A DNA stretch of 64,000 nucleotides from Cyanidioschyzon merolae. Taxonomy: Eukaryota. Location of the stretch: NCBI GenBank assembly GCA_000091205.1, contig AP006495.2; one strand, given 5' to 3'. Both the position numbers and the translations under genes were made by a program. Positions 19,766 through 30,406 of the stretch are shown piece by piece (positions within the stretch are counted from its first letter, which is position 1; each line of letters opens with the position of its first letter). The notes beneath the pieces were generated by a model. That model saw only the letters and a program-made list of their open reading frames with translations, did not search any database and was not told the DNA's origin.

Positions 19766-20699
19766 CATTGGGGACAGCTGCTGATGCGAATTCGTTCTGG
19801 AGCTCGCGATGCCGAGTGCTCATGGGTACAGAATCTCGGGTCTTGTCCTATGACTGCTCATCGCCGTACAAATGCTTCTGATCCCGGATCATTTACCATG
19901 CGCATGACGATCGTCAAGGCCGGTAGTTTGAGTGCTCCAAAGCTCCGCGGAGCACATGGACATCTTCCCCAGAGCGCTAACGCATGTGGCACGCGGCCTG
20001 AGTCTGTTCGTGTTGTTGACATCGATCACAGCTGTTTTGCTCGGAGCATGCTCGTTCACGCTAGGTTTGCGAATGCATCGAGTCGGGAAAGGCGACGACT
20101 GGTGCAAATTGCTTGGCGTGCTCCCTGCTTGCCGGATTCTAGCCTACGTCAACGGATGAGCGCGCACGACCCTGAGCCGCTCAGTGAGTATGAAAAGCGA
20201 ATGGCATCCTTTCTAGGTCATTTTCTCGTTCCAAAGGTATATATGGATGCATGCAGAACTTGGGCCAGTTCGTCTCGTGAAATGTACCATCGACTTGGCG
20301 CTCCTGTTCTGAGCCGGTCGCCCGATGCGATCACGAAAGCATTTGCGTTTTGGCCCTGCAAATGATGGTGCACTCGTTCGATAGGCAGCGGTCTGAAGCA
20401 AGTGCCTGTCCGTGCGCACAGGCTGACACAGACCCGGTTCATATACGTAAGCCGTCCCGAGCGCCCAACCCGGTCTCACAACGGCGGAGGCGTGTAGCGT
20501 CGAGCAGTCACTGCGGTTTAAAAGCTGTGCGTTCAAGTCAGAGGCGTCTTCGAGCACCAGGGCAGAGGGCGCGCTGGAGAGGCACTTAGCAGTTGTGATC
20601 GATGTATCGTGAGCGTATGACAAGGAAGCCAAAGCCTTCCTGCGGAAAACCCAAGAAGGATATTTTCCTATGATCACCAGCACTCATACAGTGGAGACA

Positions 20700-21560
20700 A
20701 CTCGCTCCAAAATACTTTTCAGAGGTGTTACACCAGTGACAGACTAGAGCTGAACATTGGACTGCTCGATCTGTTCCTGTCTTTGTATGTTTCCGAATTT
20801 TCTATTGACCTACGGCCATGAGATTCGAGGCGCAGCAATAAGAGCTCACGGATCCGTAGGATGATTTTGGATTTTGGGACGTGCTTTCGGAGCGGCTCCG
20901 ATGACTCTGCTGCTGGAATTAGAAGCTTCAACGGAATCAAAATGATTCGCCACGCCCTCAAAGAAGAGTTCTAAAAATACTCGATACCATCATTCTTTTC
21001 AAATGTAAAAGCTTCCAAGCTTCTCCTTTCCTTACGTGTGGTATGCTCAAATCACGCATACTTCAAGCTGGCGATCTTTCTGTTTCATGCAAACACGTTG
21101 GCGCAGCAGTTGCGCAAATGTATCGACGATAAATGAATCGATACATCATCCCTTGACGAATTCTCCACGAGGTCACGCCAAAAATCCTCCGAACTTGCCA
21201 CGCCATATCTATCAGAAGATATACTTCCGCAGGCCTCCGTCTCATCTGTTTGCATGGAAAAGGGCACTGAACACAGACTTCAGTCATCGCGGCGATCGGT
21301 TTCAGCGGGGACTGCGTCACCGCTTCGTACGAAGGTCGCGGGGTCGGATCGCAAACTCTCGACAGCTTCTCCAGCCTTGATCTAGCCTCTGGTATTTCTC
21401 TCAATATGAAGAACACCACGTTCCAGGAAGCCTCTATTCGACAGAGCAACTTGCTGTTCCATATGCAGCAGACAGGTTACTCGCCGAGCGGGATTCCCCA
21501 CATGAGGTACTTGATCGCAGGGTACGGCACCGGGAACGGAAACGGAGGATGGCATCGAGT
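20700..21560 (+). repeat. dispersed composite repeat family, copy B
   Basis: Aligns with 5900-6850 and 37600-38520. Shared blocks include ctggaatt..gaatca..gattcgccacgccctc, aagcttccaagcttc, gcgatctttctgtttc, ctgtttgcatggaaaag, gtcaccgcttcgtacgaagg and ggcaccgggaacgg. Confidence 0.7.
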
Positions 21561-22143
21561 TGCACCATCTGTACCCATAAAGTGCCTGTACCGCGCGATG
21601 GAGCGAGCCTTTGCGTGCCGAAGAGCGGCGCTCGGAGGAAGTGTTTTGGCAGACGTAGAGGAACCCCTGACCACATTCATGAATCACCGATGAGAACGTC
21701 GCACTCAATGGTGTGTACAGTCAAGATGAACATGGCAAGCGAAGTGTAGATCACAACCGACCTCTTTGAAAAAAAATCCGTTGACAACGGGATGAAGCCG
21801 CGAAATCGACTCTGTAACGATGATATCAACATCTCTCAGCTGCTGTTATAGGAGCTGTATGTCAAGTAGAAACAGGTGTATTGAGGGCCGGAGATCAGAG
21901 AGAGGCAGAGAAAGCAGTCGCAGAAAAATCCGCCAAAGTCTGGTGTTGATATCAGTGCAAAAAACCCGTTCTTGAGTTTATACGCACGAGCTAAGCACGA
22001 GGACCAGTTTCCCTGTATGCGGACATGGATCTGTAAAAGCGCGCGCCTATACGCACACCTGTTCGAAAACATAGGATTTGTAAACGACTAGCAGTCGATG
22101 ACACAAGCAAGCCTTGAAGCTTCTGCTACAGTCGCAATAAACC

Positions 22144-24396
22144 ATGATGATGATTGCGAAGAGATATACGGCGAGCGTTTCGCCCCGCAGAAACATCCGT
22201 CCGACGCGTACAGCGCATTCAGCACACCGCACCGCGAAATTCGCCGCGCCAAGCCAAACCTTTGGCACGCGCGCGGAGCCACGCACGGCAGGAGATCTTG
22301 CAACGTCGAAACCGGTAGGACACGTGTCCAGCACCGTGGCGCCTGCGATGCGATCAGCCCATGCATGCCTCGTCTGGCAGGTGCCGCCGCGCTGCACCCC
22401 CAACGGATCACATGACGCGCGAGCACGTGCATCCATGCTGCACGAACGACGCAATGCATGCGTGCGCGCATGCATGCATTTCCACACACTCGAGATCAGC
22501 GCAATGCGATACGTCGATTGCTCTTCGACAGCGGCATCCGACTGTAGTTCTGGCTTCCGTACGTTCCTTCTGAGCGTCTTGCCTGACTACCTGTCCCACA
22601 GGGCGATGACCTCCTGGCTTTCTCTAGGGCGCTGGCGAGCGTCGACGGTGTCCTTCGTGAGCTCGGAGAGTCCGCCAAAGAGCCTGTCGTCGCACTGTCA
22701 AGATGTGACGAGGTATGCGGACGCTGAGCTCGTAGTGCATCAGCGTGTCGCGGATTCACCTGCCGTCGTGTGCGCACCGGACGGCAAGACTGACGGTGCA
22801 GACAGGGACTTGCTGACGTCCACAAAGACGCAGCGAGCGTTGTCTAGAACTAAGCTCAAGAGGGGCTGGGGAAAGCTGGCATCAGAGCAGGGTGACGCGC
22901 GTTCTCCGGACTCGTGTTTCCGGGATGTTGCGCGTACGCCGGACCTGCGCTGCACGGACGAGTCGATAACGTCGTTGCTGACACCGAGCCTGTGTACCTC
23001 AGAAGCTGACACGAGCGTTGCTGGTGGGCACGACTCCAGCCCCACTGACCGGACGGAGCAGACAGAGGATATCCGTGGCCTTCTGGAACGCTACTTGCAA
23101 GCCGAAGAACGCTACGGTTACACGTGGACGTTGCCGACGAACGAATGCTTCCGTTGGTGGTCTGCCGCCAGATGCAACGGGCGCCTTGCCAACGCCGAGG
23201 TTGACTCTGGAGAGAGACGTGCCGCCTTCACTCGGATTGCATGGCAGTTGCGGCTGCGACAAGTCGAAGCCATCTACCGGCTTGCACCATGTATGGATAC
23301 AGCGCTGGCGGCAGTTATGTTTTTCGATAGAGGAATGGTGCGGTTTGTTCAAATCTACACAGATGCGGAGCTGTATGGCGATAACGACGCACCAGGTATG
23401 CGTCTTTTGCGTGTGGGGATGCCCTTGGTAGCGCTGACGTCGCTCTGGATTGCGACCAAAATTCATGAACGCGAAGCAGGAAATGTTCAAGCATGGCTTC
23501 GCGAGTGGCCGGTTGACGAACATATGGGATCACCAGGGGTTCTGGGCGCAGATGCCGAGGCATCGATCTCAATGCCATTGATCAAAGCGGTCGAGTTGGT
23601 GCTTCTGGAAGCGCTTGGCTGGGACTTGGTACCCGTCAGCCCGCTGCACTTTGCGATGACTTTCGCGGTGCTCGGCTCGCAGCGGTGCACCGGCGTGTGG
23701 GCGCTAACGAGCAAGCTCTGTTCTCTGAGCATGCTTGAACAATCTATCGCTGGCCGTTATCCGCCTAGCGCGATTGGGCTCAGCTGCTTGCTTTCGGCGC
23801 TGCGGCTTCGAAGGCATCCAATGGCGGTGCAGCGAAACGATGCACGCTACCCGAGCGGGAATCTGGTAGCGGAATGGGCGCGGGGCGTTCTGGAATTCAC
23901 AACGCCGAACGTTGACTTGTTTTCCTCGATGGTTCAGGAGCTGGAAGCTATGCTGCACGAAGTCGTGTATCCAATACCCTCAGCAGGGTTCTCCCGCTCG
24001 CTATCACCATGTTCACTGGAGAACGGTAAGAGGGATTTACGGAGACGCAAAAGGCGCGCTGGTCAGGATCTGGAGCGCAAGTGTCGGAGACTCGCCAAGG
24101 ACCAGTCTAGCCCCTTGACGTCCTTTCATGCCCAAGATACGTGCCTATTCCAGCCACATGGTGCCGAGCAAGAATCTCCAGAGCTGTACAGCAGCTCCAT
24201 GGAGACAGTTTCGGAGGCCGCGTCGCCTCGGAATGTCACGAGGATGTCTCCCGATGCGGGGCGTCCTTGTGCACCCCGCGGGCACGCCAGTGCCTACCAG
24301 GTAGCCATGCAACGCGCGATCTTGGCGGAATCTGGGTGCTGCCTCGAGACATGTACACAGCAGGCGCCGTCTTCACGCCGGCTGCGCTTGCACTAG
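22144..24396 (+). CDS. cyclin-domain protein
   Basis: Cyclin-box-like segment MRLLRVGMPLVALTSLWIATKIHEREAG...LIKAVELVLLEALGWDLVPVSPLHFAMTF. Long low-complexity N- and C-terminal regions. Start codon uncertain. Confidence 0.55.
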   Translation: MMMIAKRYTASVSPRRNIRPTRTAHSAHRTAKFAAPSQTFGTRAEPRTAGDLATSKPVGHVSSTVAPAMRSAHACLVWQVPPRCTPNGSHDARARASMLHERRNACVRACMHFHTLEISAMRYVDCSSTAASDCSSGFRTFLLSVLPDYLSHRAMTSWLSLGRWRASTVSFVSSESPPKSLSSHCQDVTRYADAELVVHQRVADSPAVVCAPDGKTDGADRDLLTSTKTQRALSRTKLKRGWGKLASEQGDARSPDSCFRDVARTPDLRCTDESITSLLTPSLCTSEADTSVAGGHDSSPTDRTEQTEDIRGLLERYLQAEERYGYTWTLPTNECFRWWSAARCNGRLANAEVDSGERRAAFTRIAWQLRLRQVEAIYRLAPCMDTALAAVMFFDRGMVRFVQIYTDAELYGDNDAPGMRLLRVGMPLVALTSLWIATKIHEREAGNVQAWLREWPVDEHMGSPGVLGADAEASISMPLIKAVELVLLEALGWDLVPVSPLHFAMTFAVLGSQRCTGVWALTSKLCSLSMLEQSIAGRYPPSAIGLSCLLSALRLRRHPMAVQRNDARYPSGNLVAEWARGVLEFTTPNVDLFSSMVQELEAMLHEVVYPIPSAGFSRSLSPCSLENGKRDLRRRKRRAGQDLERKCRRLAKDQSSPLTSFHAQDTCLFQPHGAEQESPELYSSSMETVSEAASPRNVTRMSPDAGRPCAPRGHASAYQVAMQRAILAESGCCLETCTQQAPSSRRLRLH

Positions 24397-24754
24397 CTTT
24401 GGCTTGTCACACAAAGGTGGCCACTAAACCTCGCCAAGCCTGAAAGACTTGTGAATTCTGGAATGCACAAAAACCGTGACGCTTTCTGATTCGCGTTTTA
24501 CGCCGGGGTGCGCTTCGCTACAGCTACGCAGGAACTCGTTTTCATTTTTCAGAACCGCAGCACATTCACAGCAACGTCACCAAATCAAGTTTCGTGCTTC
24601 GGTTGGAAAGGAAACCTACAACGGGCTGCCGCTTTGTGGTTTCCTTGTGTAGATTCTATTGTTCTGTTCGATTGCAGCGAATCGGGGTAATCAGGCCGGG
24701 CAACGCGTACGGCTGCTGCTCCCGTTGAGCCGGTCGAGCGCGGTTTGTATTCCC

Positions 24755-25466
24755 TTAGCCCCATTGCATTCGATAGCTCCGATATGCCTGCTCGAAGACC
24801 ATCGAATCGTTTGCAAGGGTTTGTAGCACCGCCAGAACAAACTCCCGGTGTGCACCTGGTCGACCGCCAGCGGCAGCAAAGATGGTATTCACGTATGTTT
24901 GGTGGTTCTCGGACTGCGCATCTGCGACAAGGGGAACGGGCGCTCCTGCACTTGAGGGCATGCATCCATGACCTGGGCTAAAAACTCCTGCATTTGTACG
25001 CTTCCCACCTGATGTGACTGGCTGTTGTGATGCGCCCAGCGTCGGTGCGACAGGGAACGCTCCAGGGTTCCAGTGTTCCGGCCAACGATGCTGTGCTTCT
25101 GAAACACCGCCCTTGGAGAGCTCGTAGGCAGCATGCAGAGCCTGGCTGGGTTCTGTCCCATCGTTGCGAGATGGGGCGCCCAACTCGCTCCTTAGATCGC
25201 CCGTCGAAACAGCGTGCCCAGCTTGAGGCGCACCGCTCAGTCTCGCTTCGCTCGGTGACCACGCTGTAATCGGGCTCGTCCAGCCAGAATTCCACCCGAT
25301 TTCTGGATTCCGTGCTGTCGTCATGGCGGAGCTGGGCACCGGAGGCAGTGGTGCCGCTGCGTTGAGCGCAGACGGGAACGCGCTCATACCGAGCTGTGGA
25401 TGCGGTAGAGGCCCGAATCCCGGCTGCGCTGGAGTGGAGCCCTGTCTTCCAGCGCTGATCATCGCG

Positions 25467-25502
<36 letters not shown>

Positions 25503-26110
25503 ATCCATACAATATCCTGCAGCAAGTTGGCGCATGCTTGAACTTCCGCTACACCGCCGTGGAACCAGAGTGCCCGTGCGAATGCATCGGACGCAGCTGC
25601 ACTACCGTCTGTCGTGCGATACATCAGGAACTCATCCTGAACCTCGATATCCATTCCTGCGACCACGGGTTCAACGAGATCCTCAGGGTTTTTTCGATTA
25701 TGAATAACCAAGGCATAACGCGGCTCCCGGTATCGCACCAAAAAGAGCGCACCTTCTCGATTCACACGTTGCCACCTCGAAAGCTGTACATCCAGGTCGA
25801 ACTCTACCACGTGACGTGCCGAGAACAGGATGCTTTCAATATTCGGATCCACAGATTGTCTAAGCGCCACGAGGCTCGCCTCCGTCGTTATGGCTTGTTC
25901 AGCAACACTCGTTAAGGAAGGAAGCGTCGACGGCGAGGGCAGCGGTGGCCGCGGTGGCGCTGTCACCGCTGCCCCCGTCACTCCAGCAAGTCCGTGCGCG
26001 CCGCTCCGCTCCCTGGCCGACGGCTTCTTTCGGTGCTTTACCATGACACCTGTCGCGTTTTCGGTGAACGAGAGCCCCCTCACAACCTTGAATCCTTCCT
26101 GCGCTTTCAA
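24755..26110 (-). CDS. DCP1: mRNA-decapping enzyme subunit Dcp1 (EVH1 domain) with polyglutamine tract
   Basis: ALRQSVDPNIESILFSARHVVEF...GALFLVRYREPRYALVIHNRKNPEDLVEPVV...FLMYRTTDG...LWFHG matches the Dcp1 EVH1 domain (ALKQHDPYI...GTLFVYRR...NLVEPV...FLLYR...IWFYD). Internal Q13 tract. Confidence 0.75.
25468..25498. repeat. (CTG)10 trinucleotide microsatellite (encodes polyQ in Dcp1 on minus strand)
   Basis: tgctgctgctgctgctgctgctgctgctgg. Confidence 0.9.
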
Positions 26111-26819
26111 GCTATCCCCCAGAGACGCTCGGGATCAAAAGCCTCGCCACCAGTGCACGCACTCAGCGTAACGTACTCGCTGCCACCATGGATCGCACAG
26201 GTAACCCTAGGCTAGCAAGCGCTCACTGGCACATCTGCGACGATCGATGGACGCGCGCTCGGCAGCCTCGCTGCGCGCAATCGCCAGAGCGGCGATCGAT
26301 GGGGCACGCATTTCGCGTCGCAGCACGATGTCTGTGTGCGCGTTTTCCGAGGCGCGTCTGGCGGGTGCAATGGCGCACGCTCGCCGCCGCCCTGCCTGGC
26401 ACTCGATCTGGTGATCGCGCTCGATACGCCGCACTGACTAGGGGACGGCGTGCATGCACGCATGCCGAGACAGTCAGGCGCATCCGCGGCATGCATCCGC
26501 GCGGATCCAGGAGCGAGCGCGTGCCGCTGGCGATCGCGGTGCGTGTGGTCGGTTGACTGCGGAATGGACCCGCCAGCGTCGCGGCATCCTACTCTTTTCG
26601 ATGACAGAACGTTCAGATAGACCATGGATCCCAGAATTCGGAATGAGTGTTAAGATTCATGTAATTGTCCGCCATGATGCACCGTACTTCCAAGTTTCAT
26701 TACACATACTTTCTCTCGGATATGCTGGTCGCTTCGTATGTTCTATCGTGCGCCGAGTGCGTGCCGTCAGCGCCCGCCGTGGCACTTATACCACTGAAGC
26801 AGGTGCTGCACGGGGCCAG

Positions 26820-27170
26820 AGCGGCTCTGGCATACCAATGAGGGCGTCGGCTCGAGGCGTGGTTCATTCGACACGGAATCGGAGTACATAATCATTCTGG
26901 AAGCCTGCGACAGCGCGAACCGATCTACTAAGAGTCCACTGCAACCGGAGCGACGCCCAGACGCAGTAAAGCTGCGTCTAGTCCCAGAATGAACTGCGTT
27001 GCGGACGAGCTGCGCGGGTCTCGCCACAGTACCTGCCGCTGGAGGAAGCATGAAGCACGAGTCTTTCAGACTCGTCCGGCTCGCGGGACCTTCCGCCTAA
27101 AAGGTAAACTTTCGAAGATATGGAAACTTTTTCCCTTATTTTAACATTCATCGTACGTTATGTAGGGAAC
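26820..27170 (+). repeat. dispersed repeat, 5' module of composite family (copy without clear 3' module)
   Basis: ~65% identity to 37085-37440. Shared blocks include cagagcgg...ggc(a/g)tcgg(c/t)tcgagg..cggttca..cgg, gacgcccagacgca, ctagtc.cag.atg.actgcgtt.cgg.cgagctg and cgtcc.gg.cg.gggaccttccgc.taaaaggtaaactttc. Confidence 0.65.
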
Positions 27171-27504
27171 ATCGATACGCACTCACAGAAGACTAGCCCG
27201 CAGCATCCCAGGCTCAGGAAGGTCCGGCGGCTTGCACGAAGCGCTGGTTGGTGCGTGGCGACCTTGGCGATCCGCGTTGGGCGACAACGCAGCGCGCATG
27301 TGTTGTAAACGAGGCGAGCGGGACGTCCTTGGATGCGTTACGGGAACGTCGTCATCAGCCTGATCTGTTACGCAATGTGGTAGCGTGGCATATTGTTTTC
27401 GAACGAAGCCAGAGTGACCGCATCGTTCACATTCGACGCATGCATTCGCAGATAGCTGGGGCCCTGGTGTGTCAACCGCCTCACTACGGCATTTGCAGCA
27501 GCTT

Positions 27505-27518
27505 GCAGGCAGGCAGGT

Positions 27519-27553
<35 letters not shown>
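27505..27553. repeat. (GCAG)~12 tetranucleotide microsatellite
   Basis: gcaggcaggtaggcaggcaggcaggcaggcaggcaggcaggcaggtg. Confidence 0.9.
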
Positions 27554-30099
27554 TGAGCGTTGGATCGCTGCACGTGGCGCAGCAACACGTTCAGGCATTC
27601 TCGGAAGCGAGGTTTCAAAATTCTTTTCCTTCCAGCAGGCCGTGTTACATACACTGCGTCGAGCTTCAGTTTTGTTATCGCACGAATCTTTTATCGAAAG
27701 AGTCCGGAAGAATATGGACGGATGTGAGCCCCGTATCCGGAACACCCGTGAACTGTAGATTGACGTGCAGCTTCAAGTATCGGACAGCTAGAAGGGCGTT
27801 CGGCGAGCGAGAAGCCTTGCGAGCGCGCATGGCGCCGTTCATCTCATTTTTTGGAAGAGTCTGCAGGTTGATGTGTGTCACAAGGGAGGCCCTTACCATG
27901 GTATCAGCCTGATCTTTCCCCTCCGGCAGCTTTTCTTTCCCTGTAACCCATCGTCCTCTATTCAGGAGCATCTTTCTCTTCTTTGCAAGGTGCGCTCTTT
28001 CCTTCCTCATTTACTTGGCGCTGTGGCTTGGATACGTTTTCCAGACTCCATATCTGTTTTCTTCCGGGGAATTCAGACGCACAGGATGGAGAATACGACT
28101 GAAATTCGCCGATTCTGTTTATGCGTCAAAGATTTGTCAAATACATGTTCATCACCGTGTCCGTGGTGAGCGCACCAAGTAACTGGAGCGCACCTGTCTG
28201 CAACCGCCCGCGCACGAGCAAAGAAGCAAGAAACCTGTTCGGCACTGGAGAAGTGAAAGAAAGATGTGGCGAAAAACGATGCCACGGATGCAAACGACTC
28301 GTCCATTGATCGTTGAGCGTCGAACTAGGGTTTTACAACAGATAAGAGGCATTGGACTGGATTGAACCAGGTAGAACAGGCTGGCTCGAATAGCAGCTGA
28401 GCGCCAATCGCAGCTGGTTACTCGTTGCCCGCTTTTGACTGATGGAAACCCACGTCATCTAAGAGCGGAATAGCAGAGTGTGGAAAGCACGTACCACGAA
28501 GCATGCGTCGACGACGGATGAGGTATTCAAAGATGCCTCACAGTTGGCGATTTGGAAGCGGTCACATGATTGAATCCCCGTTGGCGTTCATGTTGTCATG
28601 ATGCTCGCTTTTCTCTCGTTTACGAACAGCGGTTTGCCGCTCTTTGAGCATTCACATGCAGTTCTACCATTTCTTCCGATTAGAGTCTGATCGTGTTAGA
28701 GGAACACCCGCCCATAGTTTAAAACGCTCTCGTGCTCATGGGAAATCGGTCTCATGTTGTTCAACGAGCGACGGTCTCCCACAGAGCCGAGGTTTTTTTC
28801 TACGTCTATTTCGAGTCTGCATGTAAGCGTTCATGTGAAAGGTACAGAAACTTTGTGTTTAATCGCTTTTTGGTGACATTTTTAGGGAATGTAAGAAGCG
28901 GAATGGACCGAGGAACAAACAGTGGCATAGATCGAGTTTGATTGCTTCAGTTTCCCGTGTACGACGTAAAGTGCAACGACTGTGGCATAGGCGGTTCATC
29001 CATCCGCCGACCATAGAATAACTGACTTTGACGAAAGAGACAGTATTTTCACAAGTTAGCCGCGACAGGGTAGAGTACATCAAATACCCACCTGGAGTCT
29101 ACAGGATATATCCATGTATTGAACAAGTGCGAGAAAAACGAACAAGACAAAAACGGCTTGCAGGTAGAGATGTTCTCAAATTCACTGTTTTAAATAGAAG
29201 AACTTGCGCTCCACCATATCAGAATAAAATGAAGCGGGTCTTCTGATACGGACGTATAGACTAGAGATTGGGTCGTTGCCCGATTTCATCGAAACCAGTC
29301 TTTGTGGACTTGTTTCGCAACTGTCTCATATTGCTCTCTTATTCCAAGCTTTGAATAGGGCTGGCTCCTTTGTTCCTCCAGCTCGATTCGTACTTAGAAT
29401 CAGGAGCTTCTTCTCGACCATCTTCTCAGCGAGTACGCTGTCAGCTGCATGCGCGAGCGCACATTGTACCATTTGATAGCGGACTTGTGCATCATGATGT
29501 TTTCCGTGATGAAACAAGTACGAGAATGAGTTTCCAGGTTGGATATTAATTGAAGATATTTCGATCCATTTACACTTGCTTCGGGCAAATCGTTGGTACA
29601 CGTTCCGCTGCAAGCGATTGCTGCGGTAACTCTAGACCGAGTGCAAGACCCTCGTCAATGCAAACAGGAGAGTCGGGAGCCTCTCCGAGCGGTATCCCGA
29701 AATGAGGTATCATGCTGGTACAAAATACCATTTCGTCAATGGTCAAATAGATATGAATCTTTGTCTTTCGAACGAAATCGGTGGTTTGCAGAGAGTCCTA
29801 CAGAGCACTTCCGGCATGATCTTGTGAGCAACTCGTCAAAGATTGACGTCGAGCGTTTACCTCTTCAGTCCTATGGCGCGAATCGCTGCGACTACGAGTT
29901 GTCTTGGAAATGGTGGACAGAAAATTTGGCGCATGCGCGATATGAGCATACAACAGGTATAAAACGGAGAAGAATCGCGGCTTTTTCATAAGAGTAAGAT
30001 ACCAATATCGATTGGGTTACGAACTTTTGCATACGTACGTCGCGAATCATCCTGACCCCAGTGACGGAACGAATGCCACGTGCAGTGTCGATAGAGCAG

Positions 30100-30325
30100 C
30101 CCCCCCCCCCAAAACGACAGGGAAACATCCGAAAACGACATATGAATCCGTACGCCCTCCTAGCCGAAAATGGGTTATCGAGGCTGTACATCCGAAAAAA
30201 AATGTCCGGAAAAAAAAAAAAAAACCTGGAACGGAGCGATCAGCCCAAAAATCCATAGGAATCTGAAACGACTGGACAATAGTTTCGCCAACTGCCTCGC
30301 CCCGAGTCCGCGACATACGCAGAAG

Positions 30326-30356
<31 letters not shown>

Positions 30357-30360
30357 ACAC
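30100..30360. repeat. low-complexity cluster: poly(C)11, poly(A)15, (CA)~17
   Basis: cccccccccc at 30100-30110, a15 at 30220-30234, and cacacacacacacacacacacagacacacac at 30326-30360, all upstream of the probable start codon at 30407. Confidence 0.9.
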
Positions 30361-30406
30361 TCTTGGGGGTTTTGGGAGCGTTGAGGCCCCCAACGTGCCC
30401 TCTTGG

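Noticed and set aside
19252-19881. ORFs spanning the 63-bp array (WRCLSVGDAVAKERRSLNNVH repeats)
   Set aside because: Repeat-derived. Both strands give equally long ORFs.
26820-27170. Interpretation of the 5' repeat module as a known structured RNA (SRP/7SL, RNase P/MRP, snRNA)
   Set aside because: No conserved boxes of those RNAs could be recognised. The presence of two 65%-identical copies favours a repeat or pseudo-copy family. This is left open as a check rather than a call.
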